From: a virus
Taxonomy: Duplodnaviria; Heunggongvirae; Uroviricota; Caudoviricetes
Direction: 5' to 3' (one strand)
IMG/VR virus record: IMGVR_UViG_3300013232_000486
Length of the DNA stretch: 64,000 nucleotides
Part shown: piece by piece, positions 9,665 to 18,759 of the stretch
Position numbering within the stretch: position 1 is the first letter of the stretch
How the letters are laid out: each line of letters begins with the position of its first letter
Position numbers and translations under genes: made by a program
The notes under the pieces: generated by a model
Told to the model about the DNA's origin: nothing
The model's database searches: none
Seen by the model: the letters and a program-made list of their open reading frames with translations, nothing else

Positions 9665-10209
9665 TGAATATTCGCGTCATCAATGCCCAGGTAGAACCGT
9701 CCGCTCCGCCGATTGAAGAAGTGTCCAAGGAAGTCGATCAACTTGAGGCAAACGCTGAGGCTGGTGGCAAGGAACAAATGATCAAGGAACTCCTCGCCCA
9801 GTACAACTCCGAGATAGAAACCTCCATGAACTACCTCGCAATCTCGCAGAACCTTCAAGGACTGCGAGCCGAGATCGTCAGGGAAGCCCTGGCAGCAGAC
9901 GTCGACGTTGAGATGGGTCATGCCAAGAAGATCGCTGCCCGCCTTCACGTTCTTGGGGTCATGGTTCCTTGCAGTCTGCACTTCAAGGCGGAGCAATCGT
10001 TCCTTAGCCACGATAAGCACAAAGACATCGTAGCGGTGATAAAGGGAGTCATCGAGGCCGAGAAGGGCGCGGTTGCTCGTTACAAGCGGATCATCACCCT
10101 GGCAGATGGCATTGAGGATTGGGCGACAGTCGACGAGATGTCTCCCATCATGGTTGACGAGGAAAGTCACACAAGGGAGTTCCTTGATTTCCTCAAAGAG
10201 TTTGCGTAG
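9664..10209 (+). CDS. Ferritin-like (bacterioferritin/rubrerythrin-like) diiron protein
   Basis: Four-helix diiron ligand pattern: E(IETSMNY), EMGH, E(KGAVARY), EESH. Start coupled TAATG at 9664. Confidence 0.85.
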   Translation: MNIRVINAQVEPSAPPIEEVSKEVDQLEANAEAGGKEQMIKELLAQYNSEIETSMNYLAISQNLQGLRAEIVREALAADVDVEMGHAKKIAARLHVLGVMVPCSLHFKAEQSFLSHDKHKDIVAVIKGVIEAEKGAVARYKRIITLADGIEDWATVDEMSPIMVDEESHTREFLDFLKEFA

Positions 10210-10224
10210 CCCGTATAATCGTTC

Positions 10225-10893
10225 ATGAGCAGAGGCATCCTTGACGCCCTCTTTTGGCGGCTACATACAAGCTATCTCCTGAATGACCGAACGGCCAGTG
10301 AGAAGTTTCTGTCGTTGATCGTAGACGAACAGATAAACTCAAGCGCTACATTGCGTTATGAGATCGGCGAGCAGAACTACAAGAGATACCTAAAGATCAA
10401 GACGAATATCGAAAACGGTTCATTCTCTAGGCTTTATGGGGGCGGCGGGAACGCACCAGATCCAATCTCAGACGTGTCCGAGACGGAAAAGGCAGAGAAG
10501 GAGTTCCATGTGGAATTGATGTCCAACCCATATGCCTTGTTCTCCCTGATCGACGTTCCGAAAGACGCTATCGTGGTCCACGAGCTTGAAATGGCTGAGT
10601 ACGGGAGATGCGACTTCATATTCCGCCATGGCAAGACGATCACCGCGCTGGAAGTAAAGATGGGTGATGCGCCAACGTCCGTCGTGTCGCAGATAGACAA
10701 ATATCGCCTTGGACTTGAACTCGACATGTGTCTGAATCTGTATGATCAAGTAAGGGCCTTCGTCCTCGCGGGAGGATTCGGACCCTATGTGACATCTGAG
10801 TTGTCAAGGGTGGACGTCGGGATGATCGTCCATCGTGGCAAGCCAGATGAACTGAGGTTGCTCAATGCGTCTGCTCAAGCGGTTCTGGCATAA
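10225..10893 (+). CDS. PD-(D/E)XK nuclease, NucS-like C-terminal domain
   Basis: GRCDFIF...ALEVK...SQIDKY pattern. Confidence 0.7.
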   Translation: MSRGILDALFWRLHTSYLLNDRTASEKFLSLIVDEQINSSATLRYEIGEQNYKRYLKIKTNIENGSFSRLYGGGGNAPDPISDVSETEKAEKEFHVELMSNPYALFSLIDVPKDAIVVHELEMAEYGRCDFIFRHGKTITALEVKMGDAPTSVVSQIDKYRLGLELDMCLNLYDQVRAFVLAGGFGPYVTSELSRVDVGMIVHRGKPDELRLLNASAQAVLA

Positions 10894-10900
10894 CTTGTGC

Positions 10901-11056
10901 ATGAGCGTGTCGCTCATGTTCCTCCGCTGGGCGGGTGAGGATCCCGATGTCGGCAGGCTCAAGTACTTGCTGGCCAAGGATTCCAATCTCACCCCAGAGG
11001 AAATCAAAGAGATCGATCGGCTGACCAAAGACGCCGACGTCGTCATCATGGAGTGA
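10901..11056 (+). CDS. Small hypothetical protein
   Basis: Fills the gap; GTGA overlap with the next gene. Confidence 0.4.
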   Translation: MSVSLMFLRWAGEDPDVGRLKYLLAKDSNLTPEEIKEIDRLTKDADVVIME

Positions 11057-11709
11057 ACCAAGTGGCTTGGATCGTCCAAAACACCAGCAATAGCATCGTA
11101 TGCATCGATGATCTTGGGATTGTCCTTCAGCGCGGACAAACTCGCGACTTGGACCTCATCGGTCGAGACAATGTCGAGCGGAGTAGGAACCTGAAGAACG
11201 CCATCTCTGGAGGACTACTCACAGAGATCAAAAAGGACGTCGTTTCTCCCGCTGGATCTGGCGTTGACCAACAAATGGTCGACTCCATGAAGAAGACCAC
11301 CGAACAGGCGGTCGCTGCGGCGACCGCCGCTCAAGACGCGGTCAAGGTTCAAGCCGAAACGATCAAAAACCAGAATCAAGTCATGGCCGAGCAATCAGAG
11401 GCCCTCAAGAACACGACGGCTGCATTGGACAAGATGAGGGGATTATTTGAGCGGTTCCCAGAGGAGATGCGGGCGATCAAAGACGCCATGACCAACATCA
11501 AGATCGAACGTACGGTCATTGCCGAGAAGCAAGCCGCTCCGCTCACTGACGGGATGTCCGAGGCCGAGCTGAAGACCCAAGAAAAGATACTCAAGAAGCG
11601 TGACGCCGCGCTAGAGAAGAACTATCAGCAGCTTGGAGAAACAATCACGAAGAAGGTCGACGCAGACCTTGGTGATGCCCTTGATGCGATGGATCAATTG
11701 GGGATTTAG
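11053..11709 (+). CDS. Hypothetical coiled-coil protein (218 aa)
   Basis: Small beta N-terminal domain followed by an A/Q/K/E-rich helix. Confidence 0.75.
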   Translation: MNQVAWIVQNTSNSIVCIDDLGIVLQRGQTRDLDLIGRDNVERSRNLKNAISGGLLTEIKKDVVSPAGSGVDQQMVDSMKKTTEQAVAAATAAQDAVKVQAETIKNQNQVMAEQSEALKNTTAALDKMRGLFERFPEEMRAIKDAMTNIKIERTVIAEKQAAPLTDGMSEAELKTQEKILKKRDAALEKNYQQLGETITKKVDADLGDALDAMDQLGI

Positions 11710-11712
11710 GAT

Positions 11713-11961
11713 ATGACAGAAGAAGAATTGAGAAAAAGACTTGTTCTTGAGGGAAGAATACAAGTTCTCGCCGACTACGCCATCAGGGACGCCTTTCGTG
11801 AGGTCATGATTGTCATGATCAAGCAAGAGGCCAGAGACATAAAGATGGTTCGTCCAGACGAGGACGAGATGACGACGTACAAGGAGGCGACCAGACGCGC
11901 TCAACAACGTTTGGCAGATACCATTCAAACCGCATGCAACGGAAAATGTACTGGAAGCTAA
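11713..11961 (+). CDS. Hypothetical protein (82 aa)
   Basis: Follows the previous gene after 3 nt. Confidence 0.55.
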   Translation: MTEEELRKRLVLEGRIQVLADYAIRDAFREVMIVMIKQEARDIKMVRPDEDEMTTYKEATRRAQQRLADTIQTACNGKCTGS

Positions 11962-11963
11962 AA

Positions 11964-12782
11964 ATGACCACAAGTGAAATGGAAATATTTGACGGTCTCA
12001 TGTTGGGAGACGGATGTCTTGAAAGACCTGGTAGTAGCACTGAAAACGTAAGGATGACGTTCTGTTTGAAATACGACAACTTTGCCAAGTCTATAAGCGG
12101 CAATCTAAAGTCTCTTCCGTGGAGGCCCATTAAGCCATATGATATTTATGACCATAGAACAAAGAAAACCTATTACGGAGTAAGTCTTAGAACGAGACGG
12201 TGTGAGTTTCTAAGAAAGCAGCGCATACGATGGTATCCTAATGGTACAAAAACAGTACCCGCTGACGTGAGCATTACTCCCTCTACCCTGATGTGGTGGT
12301 ACTTGTCTGATGGATGTCTAATGACCAATAAAGGTAGACCAAACGCACGAAGAATATCTCTTGCAACAAATTCTTTCTCTATGATTGAAATAGAGCTTCT
12401 TATAAGAAAACTTAAAAACATATTAGGCTCAAACGTATACGAAGAAAACTCGACGATAATAATTTCAGGAGCTTCAATCTGTAAGTTTTCTAACCTCGTG
12501 GGACGTACGTCTCCAGCATCGTGTTATCAGTATAAGTTTGATTTTGGTCAGTATCTAGACGTAGATTACAAAGAAAAAAGCTATGCCAAACGGCCTTCCG
12601 TAGTTAACTTTGGAGAGAGGATGAAAAGAGCCAATTCAAAACGTATAATGTGTGTTGAAACTGGAGAAATTTTCTCATCTCTGACTGAGGCCGCAAAGGC
12701 AGTTGGAAGAGTCGTTGGAGCGATCGGTTTCGCAGTCAATAGCGGGTCGTGTTGTTGTGGAAAACATTGGGTTCGAGCATAG
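11964..12782 (+). mobile_element. Free-standing two-motif LAGLIDADG homing endonuclease with C-terminal NUMOD1-like HTH
   Basis: DGLMLGDG and WYLSDG motifs; CVETGEIFSSLTEAAK; visibly AT-richer than its flanks. Confidence 0.85.
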
Positions 12783-12796
12783 ACAGGAGATAGAAA

Positions 12797-13894
12797 ATGA
12801 GTGAAATACTCGCGGCTTCTTTGGATCTTGGCACAATGTTCTTGCAGAGCGCAAGGGACGACGGCAAGGGCGGGGTCCTTTTCAATACCGTACGAGACTG
12901 CTTCCGAGAACTTGAATATGACCCAGAATTCGAGGACACTCTCCATACACAAGGAGCACACTACATCAAGGCAGACAATAAGCTTTACGTCCTCGGAAAC
13001 GACGCTTACTTGCAAGCTGGGATGGCCGAGTTCGGAGCCTCTTTGAAGCCTGGGCAAGACATCGTGGAGATTCTCAAGCGTCCTATGAAGGATGGAATCC
13101 TTAATCCAGATAGTCCTAAGACCGCGCTGGTAATTCTGCGAGAACTAATGCGAGCATGCATTGAGAAAGACCTCGGAAAGGCCCGTGATGGAGAGATTTT
13201 GTACTTCTCGATTCCCGCCGACCCCGTGGATTCGCAGATCAATAACGTGTTCCATTCCAAGATGGCTGAGCAGTACTTGACCTCTCTTGGGTACGATGCA
13301 AGGGCTCTTGGCGAAGGCCTGGCCGTCATCTACTCAGAGAACCCGAAGATGCATGCGCCAGACGGTCTGATCCCCTTCACTGGTATTGGCATCAGCATGG
13401 GCGCTGGACAGTGCAATTTCTGCCTTGCGGAGCGTGGAATCCCGATGGACGAGTTCTCCGTGGCCCGCTCTGGCGACTGGATCGACTCAAACGCCGCTCG
13501 GATGACTGGACAGCCAAAGACCAAGGTGACTAGGATCAAAGAGCGCCAGTTGGATTTCAACAAGATCGACCAAACCAGCGAGGTCGTGATGGCGCTGGAA
13601 TGCTACTATGACGAGTTGGTGAACTACGTTTTCGGCATCTTCGCCAAGCGGTTCGCTGGGAACAAGGGTTCCATTGACCATCCAATCGACGTGGTGATCT
13701 CTGGCGGTACGGCCAGCCCTTCTGGGTTTGATCGTCGGGTCAGGGCTCTCATTGAGAGGATGAACCTCCCATTCAAGGTTAACGAAGTCAGGATGGCCAA
13801 GGACATGATGCGGGCCGTGGCGAAGGGCTGTTACCTTCGCGCCAAGCAAGCGGCCAAAAAGTCCATGCTTGCGAAGGAAGTCATCAAATCATGA
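12797..13894 (+). CDS. Actin-like ATPase (MreB/MamK/ParM superfamily)
   Basis: Phosphate-1 LDLGT, connect-1 EGLAV, phosphate-2 GISMGAG, adenosine ISGGT, connect-2 AVAKG; AGGAG RBS. Confidence 0.85.
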   Translation: MSEILAASLDLGTMFLQSARDDGKGGVLFNTVRDCFRELEYDPEFEDTLHTQGAHYIKADNKLYVLGNDAYLQAGMAEFGASLKPGQDIVEILKRPMKDGILNPDSPKTALVILRELMRACIEKDLGKARDGEILYFSIPADPVDSQINNVFHSKMAEQYLTSLGYDARALGEGLAVIYSENPKMHAPDGLIPFTGIGISMGAGQCNFCLAERGIPMDEFSVARSGDWIDSNAARMTGQPKTKVTRIKERQLDFNKIDQTSEVVMALECYYDELVNYVFGIFAKRFAGNKGSIDHPIDVVISGGTASPSGFDRRVRALIERMNLPFKVNEVRMAKDMMRAVAKGCYLRAKQAAKKSMLAKEVIKS

Positions 13895-14136
13895 ACTCGT
13901 TCGAAGAAGTCATTGAAACGCTCAAGAAGTACGAGCCTCAGCATATTGAAATTGCCGACGATCCTCGTACCTTGAGGATAGGCTGGAAGATTTCCAGACC
14001 AGAGTTACATCTGACCGTAGGGTTTCAGAATGCTAAGGCAACCTGGCCCAAGGCATTGTTCCAATTGACAATGTCCATGGAAGGCCGCAAGGCACTAAGA
14101 GACATTCTATACGAAAAGGCATGGGGCATAAAATGA
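13891..14136 (+). CDS. Hypothetical protein (paralog of the next gene)
   Basis: ATGA coupling; aligns with the 14133 ORF. Confidence 0.75.
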   Translation: MNSFEEVIETLKKYEPQHIEIADDPRTLRIGWKISRPELHLTVGFQNAKATWPKALFQLTMSMEGRKALRDILYEKAWGIK

Positions 14137-14387
14137 AAGAAGTCACAGCCACAACGTTCGACGAAATCGTTGACGAGTTCAGGAAATACCCCAAACAAAG
14201 GATCTTGCCTGCGGACATGCCATTCAAGCTTCGGGCGGGGTGGAGAATCGAAAATCCAGAGGTAATCGTGACCATAAGGATTGCAACCATTAGACGATGG
14301 TCTTCTGAGTTGCTTGATCTATTCAAAGACGAGGGTGGTCGAGAACGGATACGTAAGCTTATCGAGAAAAGGGCCTGGCCCGAATAG
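14133..14387 (+). CDS. Hypothetical protein (paralog of the previous gene)
   Basis: ATGA coupling at 14133. Confidence 0.75.
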   Translation: MKEVTATTFDEIVDEFRKYPKQRILPADMPFKLRAGWRIENPEVIVTIRIATIRRWSSELLDLFKDEGGRERIRKLIEKRAWPE

Positions 14388-14394
14388 CCGCATA

Positions 14395-14423
14395 GAGGTT
14401 CTCGGCCCCTTCTGGTTAAACTA
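14395..14423 (+). promoter_or_regulatory. Putative phage late promoter (GAGGT-N17-TAAAC)
   Basis: Variant copy of the motif upstream of the neck/tail genes. Confidence 0.5.
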
Positions 14424-14451
14424 GGTAGTAGGAATACCAGGAGGCCAAGCG

Positions 14452-15219
14452 ATGGGATATTGCACGCGTTACGAGGTCCAGCAAGCTCTGGCCAACGCCC
14501 TTACCCAAGGTAACCCCACGGGTACTGGACCCGTCGACATCATCACCATCGGAAACACCCTATCGTCAACCGTAACCGATGACCAGATGGCCCAGTTTAT
14601 CCGTTGGGCCGATGATCAAGTCGACGGCTTGATCAGCAGCATTTATCGCATCCCTCTGTCTAGGGTCAACAAGGGAACCTTCCGCTTGTCGATGGACGCA
14701 ACGGCTGGCGATTACATACTTTACATGCAAGACGCGAGTCGCTTCACCGAGGGCGACGTGGTCGTGATCAGGCAGGATCCGTACGTTGAAGAAAACGTTG
14801 TTCTCCCACATACCACATGTACGCCGATCATCCCGACCCCGCCAGATGGGTTCCCGCAGCCGCCAGACAACCGAACGCTCTGCCTTTGGCTCCCGTTGTC
14901 CCATAGCTATGACATGAACTTGGCCCGCGTGGAGAGGGTCAGATATCCAGACCCGATCCCAAAGATCTCTGCGAAGCTGGCAGCGTCGTTCATCTATGAC
15001 AAGCATTTTGCGGCCCAGCAAGAGCCAAATGAGTCAGAAGTAAGCAAGTATCTACGCAAAGAAGCTAAACAAGAACTGAACCTCATTCTCTCTGGAGCGA
15101 TCCGTCTGAACATCGCTGACGCGAACATGCTGATTGGAAGACGGTTCTATAATCCAGCCATAGACGACGCTTGGTCTACGGCTGCTGAACCTGGCAAGAA
15201 CTTCTTGTCGGAGACCTAA
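14452..15219 (+). CDS. Head-tail connector (Mu gp36-like) virion protein
   Basis: MGYCT...ADDQVDGLISSIYRIPL...ISAKLAASFIY pattern; position before the tail genes. Confidence 0.65.
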   Translation: MGYCTRYEVQQALANALTQGNPTGTGPVDIITIGNTLSSTVTDDQMAQFIRWADDQVDGLISSIYRIPLSRVNKGTFRLSMDATAGDYILYMQDASRFTEGDVVVIRQDPYVEENVVLPHTTCTPIIPTPPDGFPQPPDNRTLCLWLPLSHSYDMNLARVERVRYPDPIPKISAKLAASFIYDKHFAAQQEPNESEVSKYLRKEAKQELNLILSGAIRLNIADANMLIGRRFYNPAIDDAWSTAAEPGKNFLSET

Positions 15220-15221
15220 CG

Positions 15222-15488
15222 ATGTTTGAAGAATTCGCCAAGGAACTGGAAGGCATAAGGATCAGGTCTGCTAGAGCCGTGAAGGCTTTGAACGTGACTA
15301 AAAAGATGGAAGTTCCAGAGGCGATAGAGAACATACAAGCACAGCTTCCAGTAATGAAGACGAAGGTTGAGCCGATGCCAATGTTTGATGACCCAAAAGC
15401 AGCAGAGGAAGCGGCAAAGGATAGGGACTTGATTTTGCTTGAGTCTCTGAAAAAGAACATGATTGAATACGTTAACGAGGGCAAGTGA
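15222..15488 (+). CDS. Hypothetical protein (88 aa)
   Basis: Operon coupling. Confidence 0.65.
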   Translation: MFEEFAKELEGIRIRSARAVKALNVTKKMEVPEAIENIQAQLPVMKTKVEPMPMFDDPKAAEEAAKDRDLILLESLKKNMIEYVNEGK

Positions 15489-16426
15489 TGAAACCTACTG
15501 CCGTAAAGGACATCATGACGTCGCTCCAGCGCCTATTGATTGACCACATGGCGGCTGATTGGCCATTGACGGCCAATCTTCTTCCAGGACAGAACATCGT
15601 CAGGGTTCTTCAGAGCAGCAGATTCAGGGAAGGCGATGACGTTTTCCTTAAGTCTGAGGTTCTTGGCAAGGTCGAGCCAGCCGTGATCGACTCGGTTCTT
15701 CCATGGGATCCAGTACTTGGATACAGGATCGTATTGGAGGATCCAATCGTTGGGACATGGACAACGGCCAATTCATCCAGCCTGCTCCGAGCGATAAACC
15801 ATCAGCCGCTGAAGCGCGTTTACAGGGGCGACCTCAACATAAGCCCAGACTACCCGTGCATATCCATCTCCCTTCCAGACGAGTCAAATGAGTGGTTGAC
15901 GATCAGGGCGACAGAACACGAGTATACCTTCAAGATCAGAGCCAATATCCTTGCCGACAACTTTGAGGTCGGAACGGACCAGATATCCACGTTCGGCGAG
16001 GCGATCAGAGAGGTTTTGATAGACCATATCCATCCCGTCGTCGACAATCCACCAGTCATCATCCCCATCACCTCGGACGTGCCAGCAAACTCATCCGTGA
16101 TCGAATTGTCTGATACCTCGCTTTTGGCCCCAGGCTACCGCGTGTTCTTGAGAGACGGCGAAAAGAGGCCCGCTGGCTCGCAAGAAGCGGTGGTACAATC
16201 AATATTGAGTTCCACTCAAGTCCGTCTGGCGACGGCAACGGAATGGGACTACTTGGTTGCCCGTGGGGCGGAGATGATCGTGGCGCTCAGGTACCTCTAC
16301 GACACGCGTCCATCCAGTGTTTCCTACGGTTACGTTCCAGCCAAGGGCGGCTCTTTCTCGCATGCCGCCGAGATCAGCTACTTCGCCAAGGAGATGATCT
16401 GTCGTACTGGAAACCTGATAACCTGA
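15485..16426 (+). CDS. Probable tail completion/terminator protein with two inserted beta domains
   Basis: VYRGD...PDYPCISI...EW...HEY pattern; synteny with the tail module. Confidence 0.55.
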   Translation: MMKPTAVKDIMTSLQRLLIDHMAADWPLTANLLPGQNIVRVLQSSRFREGDDVFLKSEVLGKVEPAVIDSVLPWDPVLGYRIVLEDPIVGTWTTANSSSLLRAINHQPLKRVYRGDLNISPDYPCISISLPDESNEWLTIRATEHEYTFKIRANILADNFEVGTDQISTFGEAIREVLIDHIHPVVDNPPVIIPITSDVPANSSVIELSDTSLLAPGYRVFLRDGEKRPAGSQEAVVQSILSSTQVRLATATEWDYLVARGAEMIVALRYLYDTRPSSVSYGYVPAKGGSFSHAAEISYFAKEMICRTGNLIT

Positions 16427-16436
16427 GGACGCGCAA

Positions 16437-17714
16437 GTGAAAATTCTTACGGTCAGTGATAACCCGAACATGTTTTCTGGGCTGGCGAAAGTCCATCGCA
16501 ACACGATAGATGGACTGATTAGCGCGGGACATGAGGTCATCCCAGCCGTTTGGTTCGCCTATGACACGAAGACGATGGCGATGATCCAGCATGGCTATAA
16601 GCCGCCACGGCCAACGTACAAGGGCATCGAGATGCTCCCTCTCGCAAAGAACGAGAACGCTCCCTTGTCAGCCCACGATATCTGCAAGATCATCAAGCCT
16701 GACGTCGTACTCACCATAGGCGACTACTGGAGCTTCTACTACATGCATGCGGTCAAGAACAAGCTTGACTACCAGTTCAAGTGGTTCGCATACTTGACCA
16801 TCGAGGAAGAAGAAATCGACAAGAAGAAGTGGCAACCGCTCTTCAGATACATGGACGCCGTGGCCGTACCAACCGAATTCGGAAAGAATAGTCTCGCAGC
16901 ATTCGGAGTAAACGCACATCTTATCCCGTATGGAATGGACGAGGTGTTCAAACGATTACCAGATGACAAGCGGGCGCAATTGAGAAAGGATCGTGGAATT
17001 CCAGAAGGCTCAACTAGATTCATAACAGTCGCGCAAAACACCATCAGGAAGAACTTGCCTTCTATTCTTTTGACCGCGCAAGAGCTGAAGCATCGCGGCA
17101 GGTACTCTCCAGACTGTTTGGACAACAAGTTCTATATTCATACCAATGTTGGGGCATCTGACACTTCAGAAACGTACGTGTACGACTTGATCGGCTTGGC
17201 AAAAAAACTCGATGTCGAAGACATGGTGTCGTTCCCGCATGTGGAAACATCTCTCTTTGGACTCACTGGACAGCTAGGCGGCATACTTCCCACCAACACT
17301 GGAGAGGAACTTCTTCGCGACGAGTACAACGCATCTGATTTTTATTTAAGCACTTCATTGTCCGAGGGCTATGGATTACCAGTCATGGAAGCCATGGCTT
17401 GTGGGGTTCCGTGCATCGCGAACGGGACATCTACGCTCTACGAGATGGTCGGAGTCCCCTATGGGAAGACGGGTTACGGAGAGCGTGGAGGCATTTTTAA
17501 GTCTCGGATAGAGGTTCTTCCCCCAGCCAAACTTGCCAACATTGTCGACCCGAAACTTTTGGCCGACGAGATAGAGTCACTTAGAAGAAGGGAAATGAAG
17601 GGCAGTTGCGAAGACTATGCTAGGAGAAATAGCTGGGAAGGGATGGGAAAGAAGCTGGTTGAAGTTATAGCGCAGATGGAGAAGAGGACGGTCATTCCTG
17701 TGGAGGAGATTTAG
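16437..17714 (+). CDS. Glycosyltransferase family 4
   Basis: MKILTVSD...SGLA, RKNLP and EGYGLPVMEAMACG motifs. Confidence 0.92.
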   Translation: MKILTVSDNPNMFSGLAKVHRNTIDGLISAGHEVIPAVWFAYDTKTMAMIQHGYKPPRPTYKGIEMLPLAKNENAPLSAHDICKIIKPDVVLTIGDYWSFYYMHAVKNKLDYQFKWFAYLTIEEEEIDKKKWQPLFRYMDAVAVPTEFGKNSLAAFGVNAHLIPYGMDEVFKRLPDDKRAQLRKDRGIPEGSTRFITVAQNTIRKNLPSILLTAQELKHRGRYSPDCLDNKFYIHTNVGASDTSETYVYDLIGLAKKLDVEDMVSFPHVETSLFGLTGQLGGILPTNTGEELLRDEYNASDFYLSTSLSEGYGLPVMEAMACGVPCIANGTSTLYEMVGVPYGKTGYGERGGIFKSRIEVLPPAKLANIVDPKLLADEIESLRRREMKGSCEDYARRNSWEGMGKKLVEVIAQMEKRTVIPVEEI

Positions 17715-17716
17715 CG

Positions 17717-17745
17717 AAGGAATGATTTCAAGCCTCGCGGAATCA
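17717..17745 (+). promoter_or_regulatory. Putative phage late promoter (AAGGA-N17-GGAAT)
   Basis: AAGGA atgatttcaagcctcgc GGAATCA upstream of the tail-tube operon. Confidence 0.65.
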
Positions 17746-17783
17746 AATAGGGTGAAGGCCCGATAGGTAAAGGGAGAAGAGAC

Positions 17784-18350
17784 ATGCCTCTACCGCAGAA
17801 CACGGTCACGAAGGAAGAGTTCGAGGCCCTCATGGGGTATATCACCCTTGAGCGAAGTGGCTTCGAGCAAGCTGCGGGGTATGCCAACTCCGGGCTTCAG
17901 TACGTCGTCTTGATGCAGCGGGTAACCCCCGAGGTCGATCTGGTCCAGCCGCATGCGGCCCAGTTCCTCAACCTAGAGACGCAGAACACCACCACGAGCT
18001 TCACGAGCATCGTGAACTCGATCAATACTCACGTTGTCGTCCGTGGAACCACCGCTCTGGCTGGCGAGACCATGTCGACCAGGTTGAATAGGTGGCTGTG
18101 GTGCCAGGGCATCCGCGTGACGCGAGCGTACTACGACATCAGCGCCGCGGCTGGCTGGACGATTGATCCTTGTAACTTGAGGAGCGACGATAACGACAAC
18201 GAATCGACTCCTCCAGCGTGGATACTGGACTCGGAAGGCAACGTCATCGCGGTTGGATGCACTGCAACCAGCCCGTACTACGTTGCTCCAGCGCCTGGCT
18301 CTGGATGTCCGACGAGTGGCGGAACGCCGATCGGGACTGTGTCGCCGTGA
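17784..18350 (+). CDS. Hypothetical virion-associated protein (paralog of the next gene)
   Basis: GGGAG RBS; aligns with the 18363 ORF. Confidence 0.75.
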   Translation: MPLPQNTVTKEEFEALMGYITLERSGFEQAAGYANSGLQYVVLMQRVTPEVDLVQPHAAQFLNLETQNTTTSFTSIVNSINTHVVVRGTTALAGETMSTRLNRWLWCQGIRVTRAYYDISAAAGWTIDPCNLRSDDNDNESTPPAWILDSEGNVIAVGCTATSPYYVAPAPGSGCPTSGGTPIGTVSP

Positions 18351-18362
18351 TAGGAGAGGCTC

Positions 18363-18740
18363 ATGTATCAGCCCTCCGGGCTACTTACCGATCAGGAGTT
18401 CATGCTTCTTCAGGGACTCCTTGGTTCGGGATACGACGGCCTGGTTCGTTGTCAAGAGTCGCTTGAGTCTGGTCTGTTGGTGGTGACGTACAGTACGAAC
18501 GTGACGGTTGAGTTGGACATGTTGTATGCGTTTGAGGCGAATGCGAACGACGTGAACACGGTGTTGGCGAAGGACCTGATGTCAAGGGCTACGCTGTCGT
18601 TGCTGAGGCATGTGGAGAACCGGGGCGGACAGGAGATCAATGACTACCTGTACGCCAGGCAGATGAAGGTAACCAGGCGTTTCGCGGAACTATCGAGTGG
18701 TCTGGGATACACGATAGAATCCGAGAACATAGAGGCCTGA
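18363..18740 (+). CDS. Hypothetical virion-associated protein (paralog of the previous gene)
   Basis: AGGAGAGG RBS. Confidence 0.75.
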   Translation: MYQPSGLLTDQEFMLLQGLLGSGYDGLVRCQESLESGLLVVTYSTNVTVELDMLYAFEANANDVNTVLAKDLMSRATLSLLRHVENRGGQEINDYLYARQMKVTRRFAELSSGLGYTIESENIEA

Positions 18741-18759
18741 CAGGATAAGGGGACACCAA

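Noticed and set aside
9307-10170. 287-aa minus-strand ORF
   Set aside because: Antisense to the well-supported ferritin-like and 9302 genes, with no motifs.
11961-12797. Group I intron or intein around the LAGLIDADG ORF
   Set aside because: The flanking genes have their own starts and stops, there is no non-coding room for a ribozyme core, and no intein terminal residues.
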